Assembly (NCBI GenBank): GCA_023459335.1
Contig: JAEWUO010000003.1
Span: forward strand, 3,361 to 67,360
Length of the DNA stretch: 64,000 nt
Direction of reading: 5' to 3'
Source: Bacillota bacterium
GTDB lineage: Bacteria > Bacillota > Clostridia > Christensenellales > CAG-138
Part shown: positions 1 through 8,389 of the stretch, piece after piece
Layout: every line of letters begins with the position of its first letter
Position numbering within the stretch: the first letter of the stretch is position 1
Program-made: the position numbers and the translations under genes
Notes under the pieces: model-generated
The model's database searches: none
Told to the model about the DNA's origin: nothing
What the model saw: the letters and a program-made list of their open reading frames with translations, nothing else

Positions 1-396
1 CGCCGCGCCATAGAGCATGGTTTCATAAAGAAAATAACCGATCGGAACGATTAACGCGGCAAGATAGAGCGCCGCATAACGAATTTTTTTGTCGGTTCTG
101 GCAAAGAGCAGCCCCGCGATCAAAGCCACCGCTCCCTTGATCAGAAACGTCGCCGGCGCGTATACGCCCCAGCCACGCAGGATATCGGACAGCGCGGACG
201 CAACCCCCGCGCAGAGCGCGCCCCAGCCGCCGCCAAGCAGCATGCCCGCGAGCAGCACGCCCGCGTCTCCGAGATTAATATACCCAAGCCCGCCGGGCAT
301 GGGAATCGAAACCAGGGTGGTGAGCAGCACGATCGCCGCCGCGAGCACGCCCGCGGTGGTCAGTCGCCGGATGGATTGCGTCGATTTGGTGTGCAT
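1..396 (-). CDS. ECF-type transporter substrate-specific (S) component, RibU/QueT-like; 3' end outside window
   Basis: Not in the ORF track because it runs off the left edge. Reverse-strand ATG at 394-396 with AGGAGG 6 nt upstream. My translation is MHTKSTQSIRRLTTAGVLAAAIVLLTTLVSIPMPGGLGYINLGDAGVLLAGMLLGGGWGALCAGVASALSDILRGWGVYAPATFLIKG..., multi-TM with the INLGDA / SALSD pattern of ECF S components. Confidence 0.6.
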   Translation of the reverse strand, partial: MHTKSTQSIRRLTTAGVLAAAIVLLTTLVSIPMPGGLGYINLGDAGVLLAGMLLGGGWGALCAGVASALSDILRGWGVYAPATFLIKGAVALIAGLLFARTDKKIRYAALYLAALIVPIGYFLYETMLYGAA

Positions 397-539
397 GGCG
401 TTCCTCCTGTGGGGCCGCGCCGGCGGCGCTGTGCGGATAAACGTTCGCCCGATCATTCTGTTTCGTATCGTTCCCTTTCATCCATGAAAGAAAAACGTGA
501 AATAGCGGGCGTAAGCCGGAATTCCCCAAACTTTTCTCT

Positions 540-567
540 ATTATACGCACTATTGCCGAAAATGCAA
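540..567 (-). promoter_or_regulatory. Candidate sigma-A promoter of the ECF S-component gene
   Basis: Reverse strand reads TTGCAT (562-567), a 16-nt spacer, then TATAAT (540-545). This leaves a leader of about 135 nt before the ATG at 396. Confidence 0.4.
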
Positions 568-600
568 ACCAGCCCTCATTGTATCTTAGTTTCGGGACTT

Positions 601-1593
601 TCAGTCGCGCGGTTCTGCGGCGGATTCTTCCATAGGTTCAAGCGCTTTCTCTTCTTTTGTGCGCCGTATGCTCAGCATAACGCCGAGGATGACGATCGCC
701 CCGCCGATAAATTTCCGCACCGTCACCTGTTCGCCCAGGAGCAGCCAGGAAAAGAACACGCCGAAGATCGGAACAAGGTTGAGCATGGATGTTATCGTGC
801 TCGGCGCCATGGTCTTCAGCCCGTGGTTGTAGAGTAAAAACGCAATGACGGAGCAGAACACACCGAGAAACATCATCATTGAAAACGAGATCAGCGTCGG
901 CGGCTGCCACTGCGCGCGCTCGGTGAGCGCCAGCGGTATCATAAAGATCGTTCCGAACAGCGTCGAATAAAAAAGCAGGGCGACCGGCGGATAACGATTG
1001 ACGACTTTCTTGGTCATGAAGTTATAAACCGCCCAAACGACGCCCGCGATGATCAGCAGAATTATTCCGAGCAACTCGCCTTCGACGCGGGATTCTGATT
1101 TGACATACGAAAGGATCACCACGCCGGATATTGCGATTAAAATTGCGACAGTCTTGACTGCGCTGAGCTTCGTCTTATAGATCAGGCTTTCCATCAAAAG
1201 AGTGATGATCGGATACGATGCGATGATCAGCGTCGCGCTGGACGCGGAAGTCCACTGCATCGCGATATTCTGCAGCACGGCGTAGAGCATGATGCCTGTC
1301 AGTCCGCAAACGGCAACCGTAAGGATATCCTTCTTCTCCAGCCGGACTCGGTTTTGCGGCAGCAGCGTCAGCGCGCCGAGAATCAGCGTCGCAACGATAA
1401 ACCGAACAACGGCAAGCGTGATCGGCGGGTATGTCGTATACGCAAACTTGATGGCGACAAACGACGAGCTCCAAAGGATGAGCGCGCCAAGTACCGAAAT
1501 TATGGACAGAACATTGGATTGTTTTTGCTGTGACACAGTGTTGTTCCCCTGACGTTTATTTCGCGAAACAAAGTCTCTTTTCCATATTGCCAA
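601..1593 (-). CDS. EamA/DMT-superfamily transporter
   Basis: 330-aa ORF, about 10 TM segments in two EamA-like halves (LWSSSFVAIKFAY..., ...VFCSVIAFLLYNHGLK). Confidence 0.85.
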   Translation of the reverse strand: MAIWKRDFVSRNKRQGNNTVSQQKQSNVLSIISVLGALILWSSSFVAIKFAYTTYPPITLAVVRFIVATLILGALTLLPQNRVRLEKKDILTVAVCGLTGIMLYAVLQNIAMQWTSASSATLIIASYPIITLLMESLIYKTKLSAVKTVAILIAISGVVILSYVKSESRVEGELLGIILLIIAGVVWAVYNFMTKKVVNRYPPVALLFYSTLFGTIFMIPLALTERAQWQPPTLISFSMMMFLGVFCSVIAFLLYNHGLKTMAPSTITSMLNLVPIFGVFFSWLLLGEQVTVRKFIGGAIVILGVMLSIRRTKEEKALEPMEESAAEPRD

Positions 1594-1698
1594 CGGTCAA
1601 GTTACCTTATTCCTTTTCGCATCGAATGTCAAGAATTGTATATGATATATTTGGTAAAATCTTGTATCATATTGCTTTTTTCTATATTCATAAAAGTG

Positions 1699-1730
1699 AA
1701 AAAAAGCATCTCCCGTTTCCGGAAGATGCC
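1699..1730 (-). terminator. Rho-independent terminator after the NifU-like/GGGtGRT operon
   Basis: Reverse strand reads GCATCTTCC-loop-GGGAGATGC followed by TTTTTTT (A-run 1699-1705 on the plus strand), 18 nt past the stop at 1748. Confidence 0.7.
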
Positions 1731-1747
1731 TTTGTCATCGCATGTAT

Positions 1748-2743
1748 TTATTTCGCCTGCGCGATAGCGACCGCGACGGCGACGGTAGCTCCCACCATCG
1801 GGTTGTTGCCCATGCCGATGAGGCCCATCATCTCGACGTGCGCCGGAACGGACGAGGAGCCCGCAAACTGCGCGTCCGAATGCATGCGGCCCATCGTGTC
1901 CGTCATGCCGTAGGACGCGGGGCCCGCCGCCATGTTGTCCGGATGCAGCGTCCGGCCCGTGCCGCCGCCGCTCGCAACGGAGAAGTACTTCTTGCCGTGC
2001 TCGACGCACCACTTTTTATAGGTGCCCGCGACGGGATGCTGAAAACGCGTCGGGTTCGTGGAGTTGCCGGTGATGGAAACGTCCACGTTCTCGTGCCGCA
2101 TGATCGCGACGCCCTCGTTCACGTCGTCCGCGCCGTAGCAGCGAACCTTCGCGCGGTCGCCTTCCGAAAACGACTTGGTCTTCGTGATGTTCAGCTTGCC
2201 GGTGTAATAGTCATATTCCGTTTCCACGTGCGTAAAACCGTTGATGCGGGAGATGACGTACGCCGCGTCCTTGCCGAGGCCGTTGAGAATAACCTGAAGC
2301 GGTTTCGTACGGACTTTGTTCGCGGTTTTCGCGATGCCGATCGCGCCCTCCGCGGCGGCAAAGCTCTCGTGTCCCGCGAGGAAGCAGAAGCAGTTGGTCT
2401 CCTCGCGCAGGAGCATCGCCGCGAGGTTGCCGTGTCCCAGGCCCACTTCACGCTGATCCGCGACCGACCCCGGAATGCAGAACGCCTGCAAGCCGATGCC
2501 GATGGCCTCCGCCGCCTTGTCCGCCGTTTTCGCGCCGCTCTTAATCGCGATCGCCGCGCCGACGGTGTATGCCCAGCACGCGTTTTCAAACGCGATCGGC
2601 TGGATGCCGCGCACGATGGAGAACACATCGATTCCCTTGCTCTCGCAGATGGCTTTCGCGTCGTCGATTCCCTTGATGCCGTACTTGGCGAGTTCGCAGT
2701 TGATTTTTTCGATTCTTCTTTCGTATCCTTCAAAAATAGCCAT
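1748..2743 (-). CDS. GGGtGRT-family protein (conserved, function unknown)
   Basis: 331 aa containing the family-defining SGGGTGRTLHP motif and the Gly/Met-rich C-terminus (HVEMMGLIGMGNNPMVGATVAVA). Confidence 0.85.
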   Translation of the reverse strand: MAIFEGYERRIEKINCELAKYGIKGIDDAKAICESKGIDVFSIVRGIQPIAFENACWAYTVGAAIAIKSGAKTADKAAEAIGIGLQAFCIPGSVADQREVGLGHGNLAAMLLREETNCFCFLAGHESFAAAEGAIGIAKTANKVRTKPLQVILNGLGKDAAYVISRINGFTHVETEYDYYTGKLNITKTKSFSEGDRAKVRCYGADDVNEGVAIMRHENVDVSITGNSTNPTRFQHPVAGTYKKWCVEHGKKYFSVASGGGTGRTLHPDNMAAGPASYGMTDTMGRMHSDAQFAGSSSVPAHVEMMGLIGMGNNPMVGATVAVAVAIAQAK

Positions 2744-2753
2744 AACTGCCTCC

Positions 2754-3446
2754 TTACGCTTTGCGCGGGTCGATCACCTTGGCGGCCTGGTCGAAACGCC
2801 CGTAGGTACCAATGTTCTTCTCATACGCTTCCTTCGGTTCGACGCCCTTCTTGATCGCGTCCATCATCTTGCCGAGGTTCACGAACTTGTAACCGATGAT
2901 TTCGCCGCCTTCGTCGAGGCCGATGGCGAGTACGTAGCCCTCCGCCATCTCGAGATAGCGCGGACCTTTGCAGAGCGTGCCGTACATGGTGCCGATCTGC
3001 GAACGGAGTCCCTTGCCGAGGTCTTCCAGCCCCGCGCCGATGGGCAGGCCGTCGTCCGAAAACGCGCTCTGCGTACGGCCGTATACGATCTGCAGAAACA
3101 GCTCGCGCATGGCGGTGTTGATCGCGTCGCAAACGAGGTCGCTGTTCAGCGCCTCGAGGATCGTTTTGCCCGGCAGGATTTCCGCCGCCATTGCCGCGGA
3201 ATGCGTCATGCCGCTGCAGCCGAGCGTCTCGACCAGCGCTTCTTCGATCACGCCTTTTTTCACGTTGAGCGTGAGCTTGCAGGCGCCCTGCTGCGGCGCA
3301 CACCAGCCGACGCCGTGCGTAAGTCCGCTGATATCCGTAATCTGTTTCGCCTTAACCCACTTGCCCTCCTCGGGGATCGGAGCGGGGTCATGCGTCGCGC
3401 CCTTGAGGACGCAGGTCATTTCTTCCACTTCACTGGAATACTGCAT
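2754..3446 (-). CDS. NifU/IscU-N-terminal-like iron-sulfur scaffold-type protein
   Basis: 230 aa. The N-terminal half resembles the NifU_N fold with conserved Cys (GVGWCAPQQGAC..., LGCSGMTHSAAMAAE). It lies 10 nt upstream of the GGGtGRT gene, the usual pairing for this family. Confidence 0.7.
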   Translation of the reverse strand: MQYSSEVEEMTCVLKGATHDPAPIPEEGKWVKAKQITDISGLTHGVGWCAPQQGACKLTLNVKKGVIEEALVETLGCSGMTHSAAMAAEILPGKTILEALNSDLVCDAINTAMRELFLQIVYGRTQSAFSDDGLPIGAGLEDLGKGLRSQIGTMYGTLCKGPRYLEMAEGYVLAIGLDEGGEIIGYKFVNLGKMMDAIKKGVEPKEAYEKNIGTYGRFDQAAKVIDPRKA

Positions 3447-3496
3447 GTGTGAAGCTCCTCCTTGTCTTGCTGAGTCTCCTGATTCTTTTGTGCTTC

Positions 3497-3525
3497 AGTA
3501 TAACATTCGCGCGCGTGTGTTTCAA
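3497..3525 (-). promoter_or_regulatory. Candidate promoter of the NifU-like/GGGtGRT operon
   Basis: Reverse strand reads TTGAAA (3520-3525), a 17-nt spacer, then TATACT (3497-3502), about 50 nt upstream of the ATG at 3446. Confidence 0.45.
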
Positions 3526-3611
3526 TATCCGAAGATCGGACGTATCGATCGGAACGAAAATGAATGCGGTTTTTTCAGACAAAACTTGTCGTTTATACTT
3601 TTATGAAAGAA

Positions 3612-3705
3612 AATTTTTAATATTTTACAGGAGGATCAATTCAGTTTTACGATTTAAAGAGAAATTTTAAATATTTTACAGGGAATCAATTCTGTTTTAC
3701 GATTC
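3612..3705. repeat. Two tandem imperfect ~43-bp direct repeats in a divergent intergenic region
   Basis: 3612-3655 is aatttttaatattttacaggaggatcaattcagttttacgattt. 3663-3705 is aattttaaatattttacagggaatcaattctgttttacgattc. The period is about 51 bp and each unit holds two TTTTAC(A/G) sub-motifs. Confidence 0.8.
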
Positions 3706-3776
3706 TGTGACGGATTCTTGATTTATCAAGCGCCGCCGTATGATACGATGAGAAAAATACGCAGGAAGGTGCTCTG

Positions 3777-4295
3777 ATGGGAAAGCAAAAGAAGATTACG
3801 GATAAAGACGTCGCTCACCGCATCGCGCGGATTCTGGTTCGCGAGATCACGCTGTTTCATCCTCCGCAGGATATGACGCTTCCCGCCGCGCTGGAAGCGC
3901 TGCTTGACAGCGGCGCGCCTCCGCTGATGACCTCCGCCTCTCTCGCCGCGGAACTGAACCAATCGTTCGGCCTGGCCCCCTCGCCTGCCGCGTTCAACGC
4001 GATCAGCGTCGAACCGTTTCTGAACATGCTTCTGAAAGAGTCGATCGCATTTACGTACAAAGTCGCAGGAATTTCGCACGTCGGCCGCATCCGGAAAAAA
4101 CTCGGCTGCGATGTCCCGATTACGGCCATTGTCGTCAATGCGAAATCGCACCTTCCCGGCAAACAATTCTTTACTTACTTTGCCGCGCAGACGGATCCGC
4201 GTCAGACCGAGCTGGCGATTCTGGAAACGTTGTTTTCCTATCGCGGCTGGGACGAATATCTCAAACGCGTCGAAAAAGTATTCGGGCGAAAATAG
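3777..4295 (+). CDS. Hypothetical protein (172 aa), no family recognised
   Basis: ORF with GGAAGG RBS-like sequence upstream of the ATG and coding-like composition. I recognise no motif. Confidence 0.55.
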   Translation: MGKQKKITDKDVAHRIARILVREITLFHPPQDMTLPAALEALLDSGAPPLMTSASLAAELNQSFGLAPSPAAFNAISVEPFLNMLLKESIAFTYKVAGISHVGRIRKKLGCDVPITAIVVNAKSHLPGKQFFTYFAAQTDPRQTELAILETLFSYRGWDEYLKRVEKVFGRK

Positions 4296-4396
4296 AGTGC
4301 CTCTGCCTCCGAACCGGAAACACCCGCGGGTTTTGCTTCTGCCCGCGGGCTTCTTATGTTATACTGGTACCAGCCGTTCGATCGGGGGATACCGGA

Positions 4397-5047
4397 TTGG
4401 ATTACCTTATCGTCACGCTGTACCTTGTCACCGCGGGCATCCACATCTACGCGTGCGGCAGCCGGAACCGGCTGATGCTGCGCAGGGTGACAAAGTGCGC
4501 TCTGATGCCTCTGCTTGCGTTGTGTTATGTCCTGCTCGCGCAGACGATCTCTCCGTTCGTGCTTGCCGCGATTTTTTTCGGATTTGCGGGAGACGTGTTT
4601 CTGCTGTTCACGACGCACCGTTGGACGTTTCCTGCCGGAATCGGCGCGTTTGCCGTCGGGCATGTTTTTTACATCCTTTGCTTTCTGCGGATTCTACCGT
4701 ATGCGCCGACCGTTTACGTCTGGCTGGGGCTCGGCCTCTTCAGCGCTGCCTATGCCGGAATATTAATGCGCTATCTTTGGAAGGGCATTCCCAGAAAGCT
4801 CAAACCGCCCAGCGTCGCGTATATGCTGATCATCGGATCGATGGCTTCCTGCGCCCTGGTTTACGCCTTTTACGGTGCGGCGCCGCTCAGGTGGCTTGCG
4901 GGAATCGGCGGGCTTTTCTTCGTCGCGTCGGACAGCATGCTTTCCATCGACGCGTTTCACCACCCGATCCGCCACCGCAGCATTTTCGTGATGTCCACCT
5001 ATATCGCGGCGCAGTCGCTGATCGTTACCTCGCTGACGTTCGACTGA
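4397..5047 (+). CDS. YhhN-family membrane protein (lysoplasmalogenase-like)
   Basis: 216 aa, TTG start in the track, multi-TM with the YhhN hallmarks FAGDVFLL and FFVASDSMLS. Ends in TGA at 5045-5047. Confidence 0.75.
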   Translation: MDYLIVTLYLVTAGIHIYACGSRNRLMLRRVTKCALMPLLALCYVLLAQTISPFVLAAIFFGFAGDVFLLFTTHRWTFPAGIGAFAVGHVFYILCFLRILPYAPTVYVWLGLGLFSAAYAGILMRYLWKGIPRKLKPPSVAYMLIIGSMASCALVYAFYGAAPLRWLAGIGGLFFVASDSMLSIDAFHHPIRHRSIFVMSTYIAAQSLIVTSLTFD

Positions 5048-5089
5048 CGATTTTTGCTTAACCTGACGATTTTTACTGAAGGAGAATCT

Positions 5090-6364
5090 ATGCAAACGGA
5101 ATTGATATTACTCGTCGTTGCTCTCGGCATGTTCGCCCTGATGGCGATCCTGCTTGCGTTCGTGCTCCGCAGACAGCGTTCGCAGTACGACGACATGAAA
5201 GACGATTTAAACCGCACGCTTTCGGAAATCCGCCGCGAGCTGAACGACGGCGTGCAGTCCTCGGTTTCTCATCTCGGGCGCATGATTCTCGATCAGCAGC
5301 GAAATTCCGATGCGCAGAGCGAGACGCGGTTTAAAACATTCGAGGTCACAAACGAACAAAAACTGGAAGCCATCCGCCAGACCGTCGAACGCCGGCTTGT
5401 CCTGATACAGAACGATAACGCGCAGAAGCTCGACGAGATGCGCAAGATCGTGGACGAAAAGCTCCAGCAGACGCTGGAGACGAAGGTCGCTCAGTCGTTT
5501 CAGCTCGTTAACGAACGCCTCGAGCAGGTCTACAAAGGTCTCGGCGAGATGCAGACGCTCGCTAACGGGGTCGGCGATCTGAAAAAGGTGCTCAGTAACG
5601 TCAAGACGCGCGGAATCCTCGGCGAGATACAGCTCGGCGCAATCCTTGAGGAGATCCTCGCGCCCGAACAGTATGAAACCAACGCCGTCACCAAAAGCGG
5701 CAGCAGCGAGCGTGTGGAATACGCCGTCAAACTGCCGACCGACGAGGGCATGCCCGTATTTCTGCCCATCGACAGCAAATTTCCAGCAGACCTGTACTCC
5801 AATCTGCAGGACGCCTACGAATCCGGCTCGCCGGAAGCGGTCGCCGCCGCAATCGCCCAGCTCACGCAGAGGATTAAACAGGAAGCAGCGAAAATTCGCG
5901 ACAAGTACCTCGATCCGCCAAACACGACGGATTTTGCGATTATGTTTCTGCCGTTCGAAGGCCTTTACGCGGAGGTGGTCAACCGCGGGCTTGTCGAAGA
6001 ATTACAGCGCACCTACCGCGTCAATATCGCGGGGCCTTCCACGATGGCGGCGTTGCTCAACAGCCTTCAGATGGGATTCCGCACATTCGCGATCCAGAAG
6101 CGCAGCAGCGAGGTCTGGCGCGTGCTCGGCGCGGTCAAGACGGAGTTTCAAAAGTTCTCCAAAGTGCTCGCCAGCTCCCGCAACCGCCTCAGACAGGTGG
6201 ACGACGATCTGGAGCAGCTCATCGGCACGCGCACCCGCGCCATCGCGCGAAACCTGCGCGCCGTGGAGCAACTGGATGATAAGAGTACGACTCTCGTCAT
6301 CGGCGCGCTTTCGGAAGCGCAGCCGGATGACGGCGAACCGGAAGACGGCGAGACAGAAGAATAA
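5090..6364 (+). CDS. rmuC: DNA recombination protein RmuC
   Basis: N-terminal TM helix, long coiled-coil region, and C-terminal RmuC nuclease-like domain (FAIMFLPFEGLYAEVV...). I prefer the ATG at 5090 (GGAGA RBS) over the track start at 5054. Confidence 0.85.
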   Translation: MQTELILLVVALGMFALMAILLAFVLRRQRSQYDDMKDDLNRTLSEIRRELNDGVQSSVSHLGRMILDQQRNSDAQSETRFKTFEVTNEQKLEAIRQTVERRLVLIQNDNAQKLDEMRKIVDEKLQQTLETKVAQSFQLVNERLEQVYKGLGEMQTLANGVGDLKKVLSNVKTRGILGEIQLGAILEEILAPEQYETNAVTKSGSSERVEYAVKLPTDEGMPVFLPIDSKFPADLYSNLQDAYESGSPEAVAAAIAQLTQRIKQEAAKIRDKYLDPPNTTDFAIMFLPFEGLYAEVVNRGLVEELQRTYRVNIAGPSTMAALLNSLQMGFRTFAIQKRSSEVWRVLGAVKTEFQKFSKVLASSRNRLRQVDDDLEQLIGTRTRAIARNLRAVEQLDDKSTTLVIGALSEAQPDDGEPEDGETEE

Positions 6365-6380
6365 CCAGCGCAATATACAA

Positions 6381-6408
6381 ACGGAGCCGCAGCTGCGGCT
6401 CCGTTTTG
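6381..6408. terminator. Hairpin terminator between convergent rmuC and the MBL-fold gene
   Basis: ACGGAGCCGC-agct-GCGGCTCCGT followed by TTTTG. Confidence 0.75.
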
Positions 6409-6409
6409 T

Positions 6410-7240
6410 TTACGATACTATTTTGATTACCGTCCCCGCGTGCATCGGCCGCAGCCGTTCGCCAAGCCGTTCCTTCAGTATTTCAAACGGTTTTTCGCCT
6501 GTGCAGTGACCCGTATAAAACACAGCGCCGGAAGCGGCGAGCGCCTCTCCGACCGCGCGGATCAGTCCCTCCGGTTCGGCGGAGTGGTTCACGGGGTTTT
6601 CCAGGTGAAGCCCGCCAATAACCGCGTCCGGCATTCTCCCGAGAATCGTCTCCGCGCGATTCAGGATATTGACGATTCCGCTGTGCGCGCACCCGGCAAA
6701 CAGCACGGCGATCCCGCCTTCGCGCAGGAGAAGGTTCTGTTCGTGTTCGAACGTATCCGGAACGGGTTTTTCGTTCTCGAGCTTAAGGATATCCGCGTTG
6801 CAGCCGGAAAACAACGCCCGCTCCCGAACACCGGAAAACAGGATCGCTCCGTCCCCGACATCTTCCCGTTCGCCTGTCAGATGAATCCGGCCGCTTTCGA
6901 GCAGTTTTAGATCGAGCCCGATGTCCGCAAGTTCCCCGTTTAGGCGGTGAGAAAGGTGCGTGCTGAACGCTCCGTTGCGGATATAGACCGGCGCGCGTCC
7001 GTTGACCTCCAGAAACGCGTTCAGCCCACCGCCGTGGTCGTAATGCCCGTGCGAAATCACGGCAAAATCAACCGCTTCGACCGCGCAGCCTAAGATCCTT
7101 GCGTTGCTCAGAAACAGGCCGGTCTTTCCCGTGTCGAACAGAATCGAACCTCCTCCGTACTCGATGAACAGGCTCAATCCGTGCTCCGCGCCGAGCGAAT
7201 CCAGTTCGGAGCAGTTTTCCACCAGCGTTGTAACGCGCAT
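6410..7240 (-). CDS. MBL-fold metallo-hydrolase
   Basis: HGHYDHGGG (HxHxDH) motif. I prefer the start at MRVTTLVEN (7240) rather than the track start at 7282. Confidence 0.8.
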   Translation of the reverse strand: MRVTTLVENCSELDSLGAEHGLSLFIEYGGGSILFDTGKTGLFLSNARILGCAVEAVDFAVISHGHYDHGGGLNAFLEVNGRAPVYIRNGAFSTHLSHRLNGELADIGLDLKLLESGRIHLTGEREDVGDGAILFSGVRERALFSGCNADILKLENEKPVPDTFEHEQNLLLREGGIAVLFAGCAHSGIVNILNRAETILGRMPDAVIGGLHLENPVNHSAEPEGLIRAVGEALAASGAVFYTGHCTGEKPFEILKERLGERLRPMHAGTVIKIVS

Positions 7241-7312
7241 TTCGTTTATCGTCCTTTGTTTCAGAAAACGCCTGACGCCCAAAATCGACGTCAGACGTTG
7301 TTTTCCATTCCG

Positions 7313-7666
7313 TTATTGGTTCCCATATCCGCAGCGCCTTCGGCAGCCGCCGCAGTTGCAGTCCGCTTTCTCTTCGCCGCATATTTCATAATCTCCGCCG
7401 CGGATAACGAGCGGCTTTGCGTTGACGAGCGCATCCGCGAGTTTTTTCCTCGCGTCGTTATAGATGCCCTGAGCGGTCGTGCGGGCCACGTTCATCTGCG
7501 CGGCGCACTCTTCCTGCGTCAGCCCGATCAGGTCGATCAGACGGATGGTCTCGTATTCGTCGACGGTCATCACGATGCTTTCGCCGGAGCTGCGCGCGCC
7601 GACCGGGCCGAACCCCTCGCTGCCGGGCATGCTGCAAACGCGTCTGCACTTTCTTGGTCTAGGCAT
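7313..7666 (-). CDS. DUF134 (UPF0251) family putative DNA-binding protein with Cys-rich tail
   Basis: Starts [10 protein letters not shown], the typical DUF134 N-terminus. Has an HTH-like [16 protein letters not shown] and a C-terminal [10 protein letters not shown]. The track ORF extends to 7732 but the family start is at 7666. Confidence 0.8.
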   Translation of the reverse strand: MPRPRKCRRVCSMPGSEGFGPVGARSSGESIVMTVDEYETIRLIDLIGLTQEECAAQMNVARTTAQGIYNDARKKLADALVNAKPLVIRGGDYEICGEEKADCNCGGCRRRCGYGNQ

Positions 7667-7743
7667 CCGGTTTCCCTCGCTGTTATGTTGTTTTGCCTGC
7701 ACTCGCTTTGTTTCCTTCGCGAACGCTGCCAAAACTTGTTCAC

Positions 7744-7772
7744 AGTCTACTCCAGCTTTCCCGCCGCGTCAA
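7744..7772 (-). promoter_or_regulatory. Candidate promoter upstream of the DUF134 gene
   Basis: Reverse strand reads TTGACG (7767-7772), a 17-nt spacer, then TAGACT (7744-7749). Confidence 0.4.
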
Positions 7773-7801
7773 TCCGCATTTGCGCAGGCTGAATGAACGC
7801 G

Positions 7802-7999
7802 TCAGTCTTTTTTATCTTTGCAGCAGCCGCGCCCGCTGCCGTGGTGTCCGCCGTTATGCTGACATCCTTCTCCTTTTTTCTCGCAATGCTCCTCCGCTCC
7901 GCGGCGGTGGCGATGCTCGTCCCCGCAGCCGCAGGGTCCGCGATGTTCTTTATTTTTGCAGCAGTCCCCGCTGGGGCCTGTTCCGTCGTGATTCGGCAT
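7802..7999 (-). CDS. DUF5320-like small Cys/His-rich protein
   Basis: MPNHDGTGPSG... N-terminus matches the MPxxDGTGP start of DUF5320. AAGGAGG lies 7 nt upstream of the ATG at 7999. The rest is Cys/His/Gly/Lys-rich (CCKNKEH..CGCGDEH..CQHNGGHHGSGRGCC). Confidence 0.7.
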   Translation of the reverse strand: MPNHDGTGPSGDCCKNKEHRGPCGCGDEHRHRRGAEEHCEKKGEGCQHNGGHHGSGRGCCKDKKD

Positions 8000-8122
8000 A
8001 GATTGTTCCTCCTTTGTTTTTGACATATGTCGTTTATTATATTAATCGAGTTTGCGGCATATGTCAATATCTTTTGCAAAAAAACCCGGCGTTTCCGCCG
8101 GATGATCTTAGTGTATCGATTT

Positions 8123-8389
8123 TCAGGATTTGTTGGACGCATAGAATTCTTTCAGCGTACGCTTCGTGCTCTCATCCAAATAGTGCCAGCGAACGCCGCG
8201 AATCGCCCCCTCCAGCGCGCAGAGGCGCATGTAGCAAGCGGAAGGATCGATCGCCGCGATGCGCAGCCACGCTTCGCGGCTGCCCGTTTGCTTCAGCGCG
8301 GCAATGGTCGGAATCCCGACCTCGATCAGCTGCGCTTCCAGCTTATCCGCAATATTCGGAAGTGTTTTCAATTCACCCATGCGATTCAT
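8123..8389 (-). CDS. TfoX C-terminal domain protein
   Basis: 88 aa. LPNIADKLEAQLIEVGIPTIAALKQTGSREAWLRI is the helix-hairpin-helix TfoX_C pattern. ATGA overlap with the upstream GNAT gene. Confidence 0.75.
   Translation of the reverse strand: MNRMGELKTLPNIADKLEAQLIEVGIPTIAALKQTGSREAWLRIAAIDPSACYMRLCALEGAIRGVRWHYLDESTKRTLKEFYASNKS

Noticed and set aside
1742-2854. 370-aa plus-strand ORF
   Set aside because: It is antisense to the GGGtGRT gene and has an Arg/Ala/Val/Asp-rich shadow-frame composition. The opposite strand carries the conserved family motif.
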